Positions 38,037-47,501 of a DNA stretch of 64,000 nt are shown here, piece after piece. Source of the stretch: a virus. Its lineage: Duplodnaviria > Caudoviricetes. Position numbers and translations under genes: made by a program. Under the pieces are notes generated by a model, which did no database searches, was not told the origin of the DNA, and saw only the letters and a program-made list of their open reading frames with translations. Where the stretch lies: IMG/VR virus record IMGVR_UViG_2563367173_000002, positions 32,001 to 96,000 of that record; one strand, 5' to 3'. Every line of letters starts with the position of its first letter. Position 1 is the first letter of the stretch.

Positions 38037-38729
38037 GTGATTTTTATGTCTAGTTTTCAATGTCCATTTTGTTCCAATTTTATGTCTGTAGATTTTGGAA
38101 CCTTTGCGAAAAAATATGTATCTTTTGCTGAATATCCTTTTGAAAGCAATGGAGATCCCAGAAATCGTACTCCAAATGAGTCATGCGTTGAAATTGATTT
38201 TTATAAATGTCCAAATTGTGAAAAATACTCAATTGTGGCTAATGGTTTAGGTACTAATGTCAATAATATAAGTTCATCATTGCAGCCAAAATCATCAGCC
38301 AAACAATTTCCTGATTACATACCAGAAGCAATCCGACAAGATTATGAAGAAGCATGTGCTATCGTAAATCTTAGTCCAAAAGCATCTGCAACTCTTTCTC
38401 GCCGTTGCTTACAAGGTATAATTCGTGACTTTTGGGGAATTAGCAAAGCACGTCTTATTGATGAAATAAACGAACTTCAAAATAAAATTCCAGCACAACA
38501 ATGGAAGGTTATTGATGGAATTCGCCGGATTGGTAATATTGGCGCCCACATGGAAAAAGACATTAATCTTATTGTTGATATTGACCCAGATGAGGCACAA
38601 AAACTTATTAAACTTATAGAGCATTTATTGGATCAATGGTATATCAACCGCCATGAACAAGAACTTCTTTATACTGATATAATTGACATTGATAAAGCAA
38701 AACAATCTGAACGAAAGAAAACTGAGTAG
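38037..38729 (+). CDS. DUF4145 (HEPN-like) domain protein
   Basis: CPFC/CPNC, DYEEAC...SPKASATLSRRCLQ...IRRIGNIGAH. Confidence 0.85.
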   Translation: MIFMSSFQCPFCSNFMSVDFGTFAKKYVSFAEYPFESNGDPRNRTPNESCVEIDFYKCPNCEKYSIVANGLGTNVNNISSSLQPKSSAKQFPDYIPEAIRQDYEEACAIVNLSPKASATLSRRCLQGIIRDFWGISKARLIDEINELQNKIPAQQWKVIDGIRRIGNIGAHMEKDINLIVDIDPDEAQKLIKLIEHLLDQWYINRHEQELLYTDIIDIDKAKQSERKKTE

Positions 38730-38733
38730 AAAA

Positions 38734-38907
38734 CTACTCTTTTTCTTTTGCACATGGATCACACTCAGCTAATAATTTACCTTCAAAATCCCAATACTGT
38801 TTCACTTCTCTGCATTTATCTTTTTCTGTGCCTTCACCTCGTAAGGCTGTAGTTTCTATAACCTGTATTACTCTTGCATCATCTGTTCCTCTTGGTCTTG
38901 CCATCAT
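38734..38907 (-). CDS. small phage protein (57 aa)
   Basis: Not in track; MMARPRGTDDARVIQVIET...QYWDFEGKLLAE, SD AAAGGAG. Confidence 0.65.
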   Translation of the reverse strand: MMARPRGTDDARVIQVIETTALRGEGTEKDKCREVKQYWDFEGKLLAECDPCAKEKE

Positions 38908-38943
38908 ATCTCCTTTCTCAACTCAAAATGTTAGTTTTATTGT

Positions 38944-39360
38944 TTAATTCATTCCTATCATTTTACAAAAATACATCGCTGCTTTTCCATTTCTGCCCTC
39001 ATGTTTCCTTCCAATACATCCAACTAAAGCAGAATCTAACGAATAGTAACTTGTATTGGTGTCTTTATAATTGATATATCCATGATAATGAATTTTCTGA
39101 TCTTTTATTGCTTCAATAATCTGATATTCTCCAACACAATGAATTTTAACTACTTCTCCCCAATGATACTCTCGCTCTATCAAGTCAAGTTTTTCTTCAT
39201 GTGTCGCTTCTCTTATATCATCTTCTGCTATTGCTTTCAGTCTTGAAGTAGAATATGTTCCATAATTGCAAGGTAAAAATCTCATAACCTCTCTATTGTC
39301 ATAATCTGTAACAACAGTTCCAACTTCACTTTTGTATATAACAATATCTCCACTTTTCAT
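38944..39360 (-). CDS. hypothetical phage protein
   Basis: 138-aa ORF coupled to the thg1 stop. Confidence 0.65.
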   Translation of the reverse strand: MKSGDIVIYKSEVGTVVTDYDNREVMRFLPCNYGTYSTSRLKAIAEDDIREATHEEKLDLIEREYHWGEVVKIHCVGEYQIIEAIKDQKIHYHGYINYKDTNTSYYSLDSALVGCIGRKHEGRNGKAAMYFCKMIGMN

Positions 39361-40194
39361 TATTTTTCTCCCATATTCACAAACTGTTCAATATACTTCC
39401 TGCCATCGCCCTTGAAAATCGGAATGTCATAATCAATAATCCAATTATTCTCACCCTGTTTCGGATCGCGCAACATACACGTTTCTTTTACATCATCTGA
39501 TTCAAGAACAATTTTATTTCTAACTACGCAACTCCCACGCTTTTGATATGTAGGAAAGTCATTCCAGTTAATACCTTTTTGAGTCATGAGCATATCCTGA
39601 ATATCATTACAAGATTTAAACTGCAATTCCCTATGGCTGAAATTTGCTTGTCCTACCATCTGAATACTGTTTCTGGAAGCGTCTAATTGTCTCCAATAGA
39701 AGTAATTTGTCACTTCTTCTTTTGGAATATTGAAGACTCTGGCATCAAACATAGCACCTTTCTGTGCTGCCTTATATAAAATACAAGAATACTCTTCTTC
39801 TAACGTTCCTTTAATATGTAATTCTCCTACCATATCGCGAAAAATATTATTAAACGCCATAGTCGCCATACTTGCAGAAATACTACACATTTTCTGAATT
39901 TCATAATCAAACCAAGCTGAAGTTTCAAATCTCTGATAGTCAATCAATAGCAAAGAAATTTCGTCCGACTGTGTATATGCTAATGAGCAACCCTGGATAT
40001 TTTCACAAAGATATTTTGCTGTTTCTTGCATAGTCTTAATAAGGACATCATCAAATGGTCTTTTGAATCCTCTTGTGAATGTGTGGAATGCCTTGCCGTC
40101 AAAGACGAAGGATGACTGGCATACGATTCATCAATACACTTTTATGTACTGCTTCATATTTTTTCATTCGTTTTGCAATATTACTATTGTCCAT
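39360..40194 (-). pseudogene. thg1: tRNA(His) guanylyltransferase Thg1-like gene with a +1 frameshift at CTT-TGA-C (40098-40104)
   Basis: MDNSNIAKRMKKYE...PVILRL / DGKAFHTFTRG...YTQSDEISL...FDARVF...WRQLDA. Confidence 0.85.
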
Positions 40195-40215
40195 CCTGTA
40201 TAACTCCTTTCTTTT

Positions 40216-41292
40216 CTAAAATAAATTTACTTGTCTTAAATGATGTAATACGGTTTGAGAACAGCAATTATATTTTTTGGCTATATCATAGTATTTCATT
40301 CCAGAAATAAACATATCTTCCCATTCCTTATAAAATTGCTTGTATCCCTCAAATCTCTTATATATTCCAACTTTTCTTAAATATTTTAGAACTGTTGTAT
40401 TATCTGCTCCATATAATCTAGCAATATGCGTGTAACCCATTCCATTTAAATACAACTTTTTCCATTCTTCATAATAATCTTCATAAGATGGATAAAATTT
40501 CTCTTTATAATCCCATTTATATTTATAATCAGGAAATGGACATTCTCCAATAAATTCAAAGAACTGTTCCATTTTCTTTTTAGGAATGTAAATTGCATAT
40601 TGATATTTGTTAGTTGATTTATTTTTGCCAGCCTTACATAATCTTGCACCAAAATCAGATAATTGAGGAAGTAAAATTCTTTCTTGCTCGTTTTTATCAA
40701 AACAATTAGTGGCAATTTTTATACATTGACTATTATTTTTAAAAGAGTTGCATATGCTACCATCTCCTATATACCAAATTAAACATATTAAGGGATTTAA
40801 AATTAAATCTTCTGGAATATGCTTAATTCCATTTTTATACCACCTATAATATTCAGCAGTAAATCCTTGATCTGTAATCGTTCTAAACGTATACCGTAAA
40901 TACTGCTTCTTTGTTCTTTTATCAATGTATTCATATTTTTTTATTCCCTCTTTATATGAATATTCCATAAAGTCCTTACATACAAACTCAACATGTTGCT
41001 TTGATTTTGAAACATATGTAAACTGTGCATTTATACCGTTCTTACACTTTATCAGACTACCATCACCTAATAATGCACCACATAACTTATTTCTTTGATA
41101 TTCTGATAATTCCACTCTATTTGAAACACACCAAGCTCCTTGTTTATGAGCTTTTATCCCATAATCTTTTAAGTTTCTTACAACAGTGTCAATAGAACAA
41201 TTAAAGTATTTTGCAGTTTTAGCTTGTGATAATTTCTCCACTACATATTTTTGGTGCAGCTCATTTTTGTCCAAAATAATTCTTTTACTCAA
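40216..41292 (-). CDS. free-standing double-motif LAGLIDADG homing endonuclease with HTH repeats
   Basis: CGALLGDGSL and LIWYIGDGSI motifs; N- and C-terminal HTHs. Confidence 0.88.
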   Translation of the reverse strand: MSKRIILDKNELHQKYVVEKLSQAKTAKYFNCSIDTVVRNLKDYGIKAHKQGAWCVSNRVELSEYQRNKLCGALLGDGSLIKCKNGINAQFTYVSKSKQHVEFVCKDFMEYSYKEGIKKYEYIDKRTKKQYLRYTFRTITDQGFTAEYYRWYKNGIKHIPEDLILNPLICLIWYIGDGSICNSFKNNSQCIKIATNCFDKNEQERILLPQLSDFGARLCKAGKNKSTNKYQYAIYIPKKKMEQFFEFIGECPFPDYKYKWDYKEKFYPSYEDYYEEWKKLYLNGMGYTHIARLYGADNTTVLKYLRKVGIYKRFEGYKQFYKEWEDMFISGMKYYDIAKKYNCCSQTVLHHLRQVNLF

Positions 41293-41396
41293 TTCTTAAA
41301 ATATTCCTTCTCATTAATCTTGTATTAGGAATCTTCTCATAAAATGTTTTCATACGATTTCCCTAAATCATCTCTTTTTATCTTTTTATCACTCAT
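41286..41396 (-). pseudogene. displaced original 5' end of thg1
   Basis: MSDKKIKRDDLG then +1 frame NRMKTFYEKIPNTRLMRR; aligns with the N-terminus at 40194. Confidence 0.7.
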
Positions 41397-41397
41397 A

Positions 41398-41673
41398 CTA
41401 TTTCTCCGTTTCTACTTTATCCCATTGCGCACCACGAATACGACCTGCTTTATATAGTTCATCCATTTCTGCCTTCATCCACGTTTTGAAAGATTCATAA
41501 TCAAAATTATCATCAACATCTACTTCCCACTCCCACGCACCAAAACATTTATTATATGCTTCTATTGAATTAATCCCTAATTTCTCAAAAACTCTCTCAG
41601 CATATGTATTAGGTCTGATACCACCAGGAGCACAATCAATTCCAAAATATATCTTCATAAAATTTTCCTCCAA
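41398..41673 (-). CDS. hypothetical phage protein
   Basis: IDCAPGGIRP...FGAWEW; real start probably MKIYFG. Confidence 0.6.
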   Translation of the reverse strand: MEENFMKIYFGIDCAPGGIRPNTYAERVFEKLGINSIEAYNKCFGAWEWEVDVDDNFDYESFKTWMKAEMDELYKAGRIRGAQWDKVETEK

Positions 41674-41741
41674 TTTCCCAATGAAATGCGGCTTTCAATG
41701 CATGATTTATTTAATTTCCTGTTTTATTTGAAATATATAGA

Positions 41742-41770
41742 TTGACTGTATTATGTAAGTATGATATTCT
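41742..41770 (+). promoter_or_regulatory. sigma-A-like promoter
   Basis: TTGACT-17 bp-TATTCT with TG extension. Confidence 0.6.
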
Positions 41771-42020
41771 GAATTAGGCACTTAACGCAGAGTGCTTGAG
41801 AATGTAAAGAAGGAGGTATTGCTATTTTAACATTTATATGGAAAATATTATTTTGTAAAGCAAAAGCATTATTTATCCAAACAATGTAAGCTATCATTCC
41901 AACTCCTATTAAACATTCGAAAAATCTCATATGCTTCATTTCAACCATAATCTTTCGTTAGTGGACATCAGTTTCGGACTGTTGTAAGTCCTGTATCTAT
42001 ATAGAAACGGAGGATGTTTT

Positions 42021-42200
42021 ATGGAGCTAATTGGAATGATAGCGTCATGGGACTTTTGCCTGTTTCTTCTTGGCATCATCGGTGTTACTGTTTTTACATG
42101 GGTTCACAAGGTCATATCAAAGTGTAACCCAAAAATATTTGCTATCATTTGCGTGATAATAGCATATTTTGCAATTACATACATCCGGCAATGTTGTTAA
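42021..42200 (+). CDS. small two-TM membrane protein (59 aa), moron
   Basis: Not in track; SD GGAGG; MELIGMIASWDFCLFLLGIIGVTVFTW...IFAIICVIIAYFAITYIRQCC; terminator at about 42210-42250. Confidence 0.65.
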   Translation: MELIGMIASWDFCLFLLGIIGVTVFTWVHKVISKCNPKIFAIICVIIAYFAITYIRQCC

Positions 42201-42338
42201 GAAACTGGTCAGAGAAGATCGGATTAGCTACCCGGTCTTTTTCTGTTTTTACATCCTCCGTAATCCGCGATTTTTTAGTGAAATAATCTGCTATATTACT
42301 TCCATATTATGTACTGATATTTTTAATATTTGTAACAG

Positions 42339-42539
42339 TTAACATCTCATATCAAATCTATGTGTATCCTTATTAACAACCTGTGTTATATATTGTTCAA
42401 ATGAATTTTTAGCATCGTCAATATTATTTACTTCATAACGCATTCCATCACAACCTTGTTTTTCAATCCACATATTCTGTCTTCCTCCACAGGAAGTATA
42501 AAAACGTATATGTAAATTAAAATTCATATCAAAATTCAT
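42339..42539 (-). CDS. hypothetical protein
   Basis: 66-aa ORF, SD GAGGTG. Confidence 0.55.
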   Translation of the reverse strand: MNFDMNFNLHIRFYTSCGGRQNMWIEKQGCDGMRYEVNNIDDAKNSFEQYITQVVNKDTHRFDMRC

Positions 42540-42550
42540 TTTTATTCACC

Positions 42551-42967
42551 TCACAATAAACATGGTAATGCTTTTAAATATTTTTCTTTTAACTCATCTG
42601 TTAAAGTTTCTATCTGAGTAAGATGATCTTTAACATCTGCAAGTTTAACTAAGTATGCTTCTGGATAATTAATATAGTTTTCTTTGATTTTATTCAAATA
42701 CTGCTCATATGTATCTTCTTTATTTTTTGTAATTAAGTTTAAACATGTTTCTACTCTGTAGTTAAAGCATCCATTATAATCTTCTAAATTGAAATCTGTA
42801 TCTTCTAACAAATCATGCATTAGTGCTAAAACAATGCAATCGTCTAATTTATCTACAGGAATTAAATTGTTGTTTGCTACATTTACTGTTACACGGACAG
42901 CGTGATAAAAAGCGTCCTTATTATAGTATTTTTCTGCTATTTTTAAAGCATCAATAAAATCACTCAT
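42551..42967 (-). CDS. HD-domain hydrolase (Mesh1/SpoT-hydrolase-like)
   Basis: H...LMHDLLEDT...VKLAD. Confidence 0.75.
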   Translation of the reverse strand: MSDFIDALKIAEKYYNKDAFYHAVRVTVNVANNNLIPVDKLDDCIVLALMHDLLEDTDFNLEDYNGCFNYRVETCLNLITKNKEDTYEQYLNKIKENYINYPEAYLVKLADVKDHLTQIETLTDELKEKYLKALPCLL

Positions 42968-42982
42968 TTATCTATCCCTCCC

Positions 42983-43246
42983 TTATCTGTAAAACATGTT
43001 CATAATGTCATATAATGGTGTAAAATAAACTTTCTGATGAAAACCATATTTTTTATCATATTCTTGAACTTTTCCTTTTAAAGTACTATACAGATCCTGA
43101 ACTTCTTTTAATAGCTTCCTACGTTCGGTCTCAAATTGTTCTTTCTTAATTCTTTCTTCTTCAACCCTTTTCTTTTCTGAATTTTCATGATCTAAACATT
43201 CTTCCTCTGTATTAAATACTTTTCCATCATCACTAATATATCTCAT
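42983..43246 (-). CDS. hypothetical phage protein
   Basis: YISDDGKVFNTEEECLDHE. Confidence 0.65.
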   Translation of the reverse strand: MRYISDDGKVFNTEEECLDHENSEKKRVEEERIKKEQFETERRKLLKEVQDLYSTLKGKVQEYDKKYGFHQKVYFTPLYDIMNMFYR

Positions 43247-43267
43247 TATTTTTTATCCTTTCTATTA

Positions 43268-43798
43268 TTAATAATATTTTCCTACGACTTTTTTAACTGG
43301 TATATCGACAGGGCAATTATTGAGTTTTTCAATTCTTGTAATTTTGATTGGAGATAATCCATTTTGGTTATGTACCATAACCACATCTCCTATGTTAAAA
43401 TCAGCAATACGATCATCCTTCCAGTTACTTGGTATCCTCCATACTCGTTCTTTTTTGCTTCTTGAATAAAGAAGCGTACCAAAAACATATGTGGTATTAG
43501 ATTCTCTATAAGTTAATTTTTTTGGTTTAGATTGTTTAGGAAGCATTCTTTTACGGCTCCATTTCTTTCTCTTTTTATCTGATATTTTTACTTCTACAAT
43601 TTCTATGCCAACTTCTTTTAAAACAAGATACTGAATATATCCGTCTATAAGAACATTGTTATGATCGACTATAATATAACGATCCTGTTTTTTATGTATT
43701 TCCCAATATGCTTTGCATACAGCCACTTTTTCTTCTTTTGGAAGTGTAGTTGAAAAAGAATCTTTAATTTTTATGTTTTCAAGTCTCATGTATGTCAC
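43268..43798 (-). CDS. ParB-N-like domain protein
   Basis: IIVDHNNVLIDGYIQY. Confidence 0.5.
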   Translation of the reverse strand: MTYMRLENIKIKDSFSTTLPKEEKVAVCKAYWEIHKKQDRYIIVDHNNVLIDGYIQYLVLKEVGIEIVEVKISDKKRKKWSRKRMLPKQSKPKKLTYRESNTTYVFGTLLYSRSKKERVWRIPSNWKDDRIADFNIGDVVMVHNQNGLSPIKITRIEKLNNCPVDIPVKKVVGKYY

Positions 43799-43812
43799 TA
43801 TATTATCCCTCC

Positions 43813-45990
43813 CTATGCACTTTTCTTTTTTACAGTATTTTTAGCTGCATGAAACTGATTTAAGCTTTCTTTCATATATAAGTAATTGGTTTTTTGATCA
43901 ACTTCGTATGTATTATTATTTTTAGCATATTCAGTTAGCCATTCGTCTAAATCAATATCTGCATTATATGAATAAGCAACCAATGCTAATAAAGATAATT
44001 GATTTTCTTTATCTAATAGCTTTGAACCAATTTTAATAGTATTTTCTGTTAGATATTCTAACGACTCTTTGTAGAAATCTAAATTATTTGCTGCACTGTC
44101 TTTATCCACTCCAACATTCTCTGATATGAATAAAACTTCATTAATATTTTTATCTGATCGAATTTTAATATCCACTTCGTTAGTTTCTGTAATATGTAAA
44201 TATTCAAGCATAAGTTTTTCAAGTAAGTTTATTTTTTTCTCAACAACACTTTTATCTTTTGTTGACTTTGTTTTTATAAGAATATTATCAAAAGATTCAC
44301 CATCAATTTCTTTGCTATGTAAAGCATTATTAAATTCTTTCATAAAATCAATAAATTTATGATCATCGAAATTAAGCTTTATAAATCTTGAAAAAAGCCC
44401 AAACCATAAAAATGAATCTTTCACATTAAATAATTTTGCCACATCTTCATTGCTAACAGTAGTTAAACGTTCAACAAGAGAATAAAATTCAGTGAAATTA
44501 GAATCACTTGCTTCTTCAGTTAAAAATTCGCACATCTTTTCAAAATCACAATATTCATCTATAAAATCTGAAACCATAATACTTTCAACAATAATTCTTC
44601 TAAGTGCGCCTGATGTATTAGAATTACCAGTATATGAACTTCCATAATATTCTGGCTGAAAGAACTGCATTTTTGCAATTTTTTCAACTAATTCGGCAAA
44701 ATCTTCATCTAAACCTAACCATCCATTTTGGGCTTTGTTCATAGGTCTGCTACGATTGAACCGTGCAATATCGTCGGCAATATCTTTCTTTGTACAGTTC
44801 ATATTATATAAAACAGGGATTTGACGATCTTTAAATATATCTTGTAATTCTTCTGGAAGTTGCGAAAATTTTTTGCTACGAATATCAAAAACTTTCCATT
44901 CCATATCTGTAAATCCATCTCCATTTAATACTTCATAACCGTTTTCATCTATTTTAGGAGCTTGATATTTAATATTATAATTTTTAACATTTTTTGATAT
45001 AGCAAATCCGTCATTCAGATAGTCATCTAATGTTGTACACCGTTGCTTTCCGTCAATTAACCATTGCATTTTTAATCCATTTTTTATTTCTTCTGAAATA
45101 ATAATTTGTGTAAGTGATTTTCCCCTTAAAATATCAGAAATTAGCTCGCTTTTTGCGAATGGTTTCCATTGTCCACTATGACGTTGCAAAATATGATCAT
45201 CCCTGATACGTTTTTTCTTTAATTGTTTACTGATTGACTCAATAGAATAACTTGTATTCTTGTATGTTTCAGACACATCCTCTGTTACAACAGTTTCATT
45301 CATTTCGTATTCCTCCGAATCATATTTTTCATTAAAAAGAATTCTTTTATTATCATAGGAACATATAATATTCCATGCATCTCGATATTGTGCATCTGAT
45401 AAATTCAGCCATTTTTTGATATCTTTTGATGAATACCCCTTCATGATATGTTTTACAATATTCTTTTGTATATTAGATAGTCTTTGCAAAAAATTTTCTA
45501 TCTTATCGCTATATTCATTTGTTTCTTCACCAATAACATCATCAATATTAAAATCAGATTGTAATGTATCTCCAATAGTTAAACCATCTTCATCTCCAAT
45601 TGGTGTATCTATAGAAATATTAGATATATATTCTTTTTTCTTTACAGTTTTACCATTTTCATCTGTTTCTTCTTTTTTAACAACTACCTGTCTTTTTTCT
45701 CTATTTCTATATGTCATTTCTTTACGAACAGAAAATTTAATTACACCAATAGCATAATCCATAAATGATTTTCCTTTAGAAGGATCATATGTTTCTCTTG
45801 CAATACTAAGTTCATATCCAGCTCTTGAATAGAAACAATCATAATCCATTTGTGACAAACCACCGAATTTTAACATTTCCTTGTTGCAAATTTTCTTCAA
45901 TTTACTTTGGTTATTTGTATAAAAATCTTCAATTGTTGATTCTATTTCTTTTTTTACTAATTCTGTATGCTCCATTTTAGACACATCCAA
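43813..45990 (-). CDS. sigma-70-like N-terminal domain fused to a DUF262 (ParB/Srx-like) domain
   Basis: YDPSKGKSFMDYA...ISIDTPIG...LS...GYSSKDIKKWLNLS, then LQRHSGQW, IDGKQR, FNRSRPM. Confidence 0.75.
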   Translation of the reverse strand: MDVSKMEHTELVKKEIESTIEDFYTNNQSKLKKICNKEMLKFGGLSQMDYDCFYSRAGYELSIARETYDPSKGKSFMDYAIGVIKFSVRKEMTYRNREKRQVVVKKEETDENGKTVKKKEYISNISIDTPIGDEDGLTIGDTLQSDFNIDDVIGEETNEYSDKIENFLQRLSNIQKNIVKHIMKGYSSKDIKKWLNLSDAQYRDAWNIICSYDNKRILFNEKYDSEEYEMNETVVTEDVSETYKNTSYSIESISKQLKKKRIRDDHILQRHSGQWKPFAKSELISDILRGKSLTQIIISEEIKNGLKMQWLIDGKQRCTTLDDYLNDGFAISKNVKNYNIKYQAPKIDENGYEVLNGDGFTDMEWKVFDIRSKKFSQLPEELQDIFKDRQIPVLYNMNCTKKDIADDIARFNRSRPMNKAQNGWLGLDEDFAELVEKIAKMQFFQPEYYGSSYTGNSNTSGALRRIIVESIMVSDFIDEYCDFEKMCEFLTEEASDSNFTEFYSLVERLTTVSNEDVAKLFNVKDSFLWFGLFSRFIKLNFDDHKFIDFMKEFNNALHSKEIDGESFDNILIKTKSTKDKSVVEKKINLLEKLMLEYLHITETNEVDIKIRSDKNINEVLFISENVGVDKDSAANNLDFYKESLEYLTENTIKIGSKLLDKENQLSLLALVAYSYNADIDLDEWLTEYAKNNNTYEVDQKTNYLYMKESLNQFHAAKNTVKKKSA

Positions 45991-46172
45991 TCTGATTTAT
46001 ATATTATATATTTCTACACTATGAAAGTATATAGCAGTGCTTATAGCAACATTATTTGTACAAATAATTGACATAAGCAATACTGTGTAGTGCAAAAAGC
46101 AATATGTCAAGTAATATTTCAAAATAATTCGTTGACATAGGCAACATTGTTTGTTATTTTTATATTAACGAG

Positions 46173-46496
46173 GTGGCTACAATGATTTACGATAGACTAA
46201 AAATACTTTTGAATGAACTTAATATCTCTCAGCGTCAATTTGCAACAAAGATAAATCTTGATCCTGGATATTTTTCAAAAATCATGCGTGGTAAGGTTAA
46301 TCCACCAGATCGAATTTTATTACTTATTGAAAATGTCTTTAATGTAAACAAAGACTGGTTAGAAAATGGGGTAGGAGAGATATTTCCCAATCAAGGAGTC
46401 TCGTTAGCTAAAAAACAGGTTTTAGATTCAATTGATACTTTAACTGATGAACAAATAGATGCTGTATCTGCTTTTATCAAATATTTAACTGAATAA
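46173..46496 (+). CDS. Xre-family HTH regulator
   Basis: RLKILLNELNISQRQFA...FNVNKDWLENG; upstream TTGACATA(A/G)GCAA repeats. Confidence 0.85.
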   Translation: MATMIYDRLKILLNELNISQRQFATKINLDPGYFSKIMRGKVNPPDRILLLIENVFNVNKDWLENGVGEIFPNQGVSLAKKQVLDSIDTLTDEQIDAVSAFIKYLTE

Positions 46497-46723
46497 TATT
46501 TTTATGATTATTGTTTCCTTTCTTTTATGAGGTGATATATATGACTACTAATAATCAAGATATACCATATCTGTAGATGATGATATGTTCCCCCAAATTG
46601 AAGTTTTTCGTTTTAAGCATCGTTATCAAATACATTCAGAAGCTACTGTTTAACTAATACGCTTAGGACTTGATCTTTTTGGAAAAGAAACAGGATGAGG
46701 AATAATACTATTATCCCTTTTTC

Positions 46724-46909
46724 TTATGTATTTGTAAATCTTTTGATAATTTCCTGAAAGTTTGTAAATTTAGTATATTTTCTATACTTACAATTTCCAC
46801 ATTCACAATATGGTTTATGTAAAAATTGTTTGCTTCCATCTTTATTTTTCTTTTGCTCATATCTTGTCCCAGTAATACTCATTACTTTATTGCATGTTTT
46901 GCATATCAT
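46724..46909 (-). CDS. small zinc-ribbon protein
   Basis: CKTC...CGNC. Confidence 0.5.
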   Translation of the reverse strand: MICKTCNKVMSITGTRYEQKKNKDGSKQFLHKPYCECGNCKYRKYTKFTNFQEIIKRFTNT

Positions 46910-47501
46910 CTGATTCCTCCTCTATAATTCTGAATCTGTACTTTCTACCAATTAACCCCTTAATAGCTTTTTTAACTTTTTCACGTTGTAAACATGTAGG
47001 ATTTATTTCTTTTAAAACATTTTCTACAATCAAGATCTCATCTTTATATTCCCTTCTTTTCTTTCGATTTTCACGAATCCTTTTGTATATTAACCATCCG
47101 CCATATAAATCTAACGGCTTTTCCATTTCGATAATATGTAAAATATCAAGAAGTTCTTTATCTGATTTTGTTAAATCTCCAATCAAATCCTTTTCTCTAT
47201 TTTTTGCTTCATTTATAATATCAGCGCAAGTTCCAAATTTTTCAATCCATCTTGTTACGTTCTTTGGAACTTCATATTCCTTATTTTCTAATTTTCTTTT
47301 GTTTTCTGATTTTGGTTTTATTTCTGGAACAGCTTCTACTTCAAATTTTAATCTTTGAAGATTCTTTGGAAGATGTTCCAGAATATTTTTTGCTTTAGTA
47401 AATTCAAAAATATCCTTTTCAGTTTCTGAGCAGGTTTCAGCTTTCCCATTTTTGCTTAATTTTATATACAGTTTTTCGTAATTTCTTATTACATATTTAA
47501 T
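46887..47501 (-). CDS. hypothetical phage protein (204 aa, probable ATT start)
   Basis: Frame open 105 codons upstream of the track start, to an ATT 3' of SD-like GAGGCG. Confidence 0.65.
   Translation of the reverse strand: MKYVIRNYEKLYIKLSKNGKAETCSETEKDIFEFTKAKNILEHLPKNLQRLKFEVEAVPEIKPKSENKRKLENKEYEVPKNVTRWIEKFGTCADIINEAKNREKDLIGDLTKSDKELLDILHIIEMEKPLDLYGGWLIYKRIRENRKKRREYKDEILIVENVLKEINPTCLQREKVKKAIKGLIGRKYRFRIIEEESDDMQNMQ

Larger units (their letters stand above)
3133..41697. repeat. dispersed 16-bp imperfect palindrome TGAAA-N6-(T/A)TT(C/T)A at gene junctions (more than 20 copies; one more at 56312)
   Basis: Copies start at 3133, 3639, 4470, 5325, 5981, 7189, 10027, 12579, 13469, 14263, 18683, 20448, 21277, 28498, 29372, 31291, 31907, 32271, 33390, 33809, 36681, 37343, 37736, 38924, 41682 and 56312; several are degenerate. 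Confidence 0.85.

Noticed and set aside
40195-41300. Group I intron or intein in thg1
   Set aside because: The endonuclease ORF fills nearly the whole insert and has its own stop, and the downstream thg1 has its own SD and start
3133-41697. Junction motif as a CRISPR array or as terminators
   Set aside because: Copies are hundreds to thousands of bases apart with genes between them, there are no cas genes, and a 5-bp AT-rich stem is too weak for a terminator
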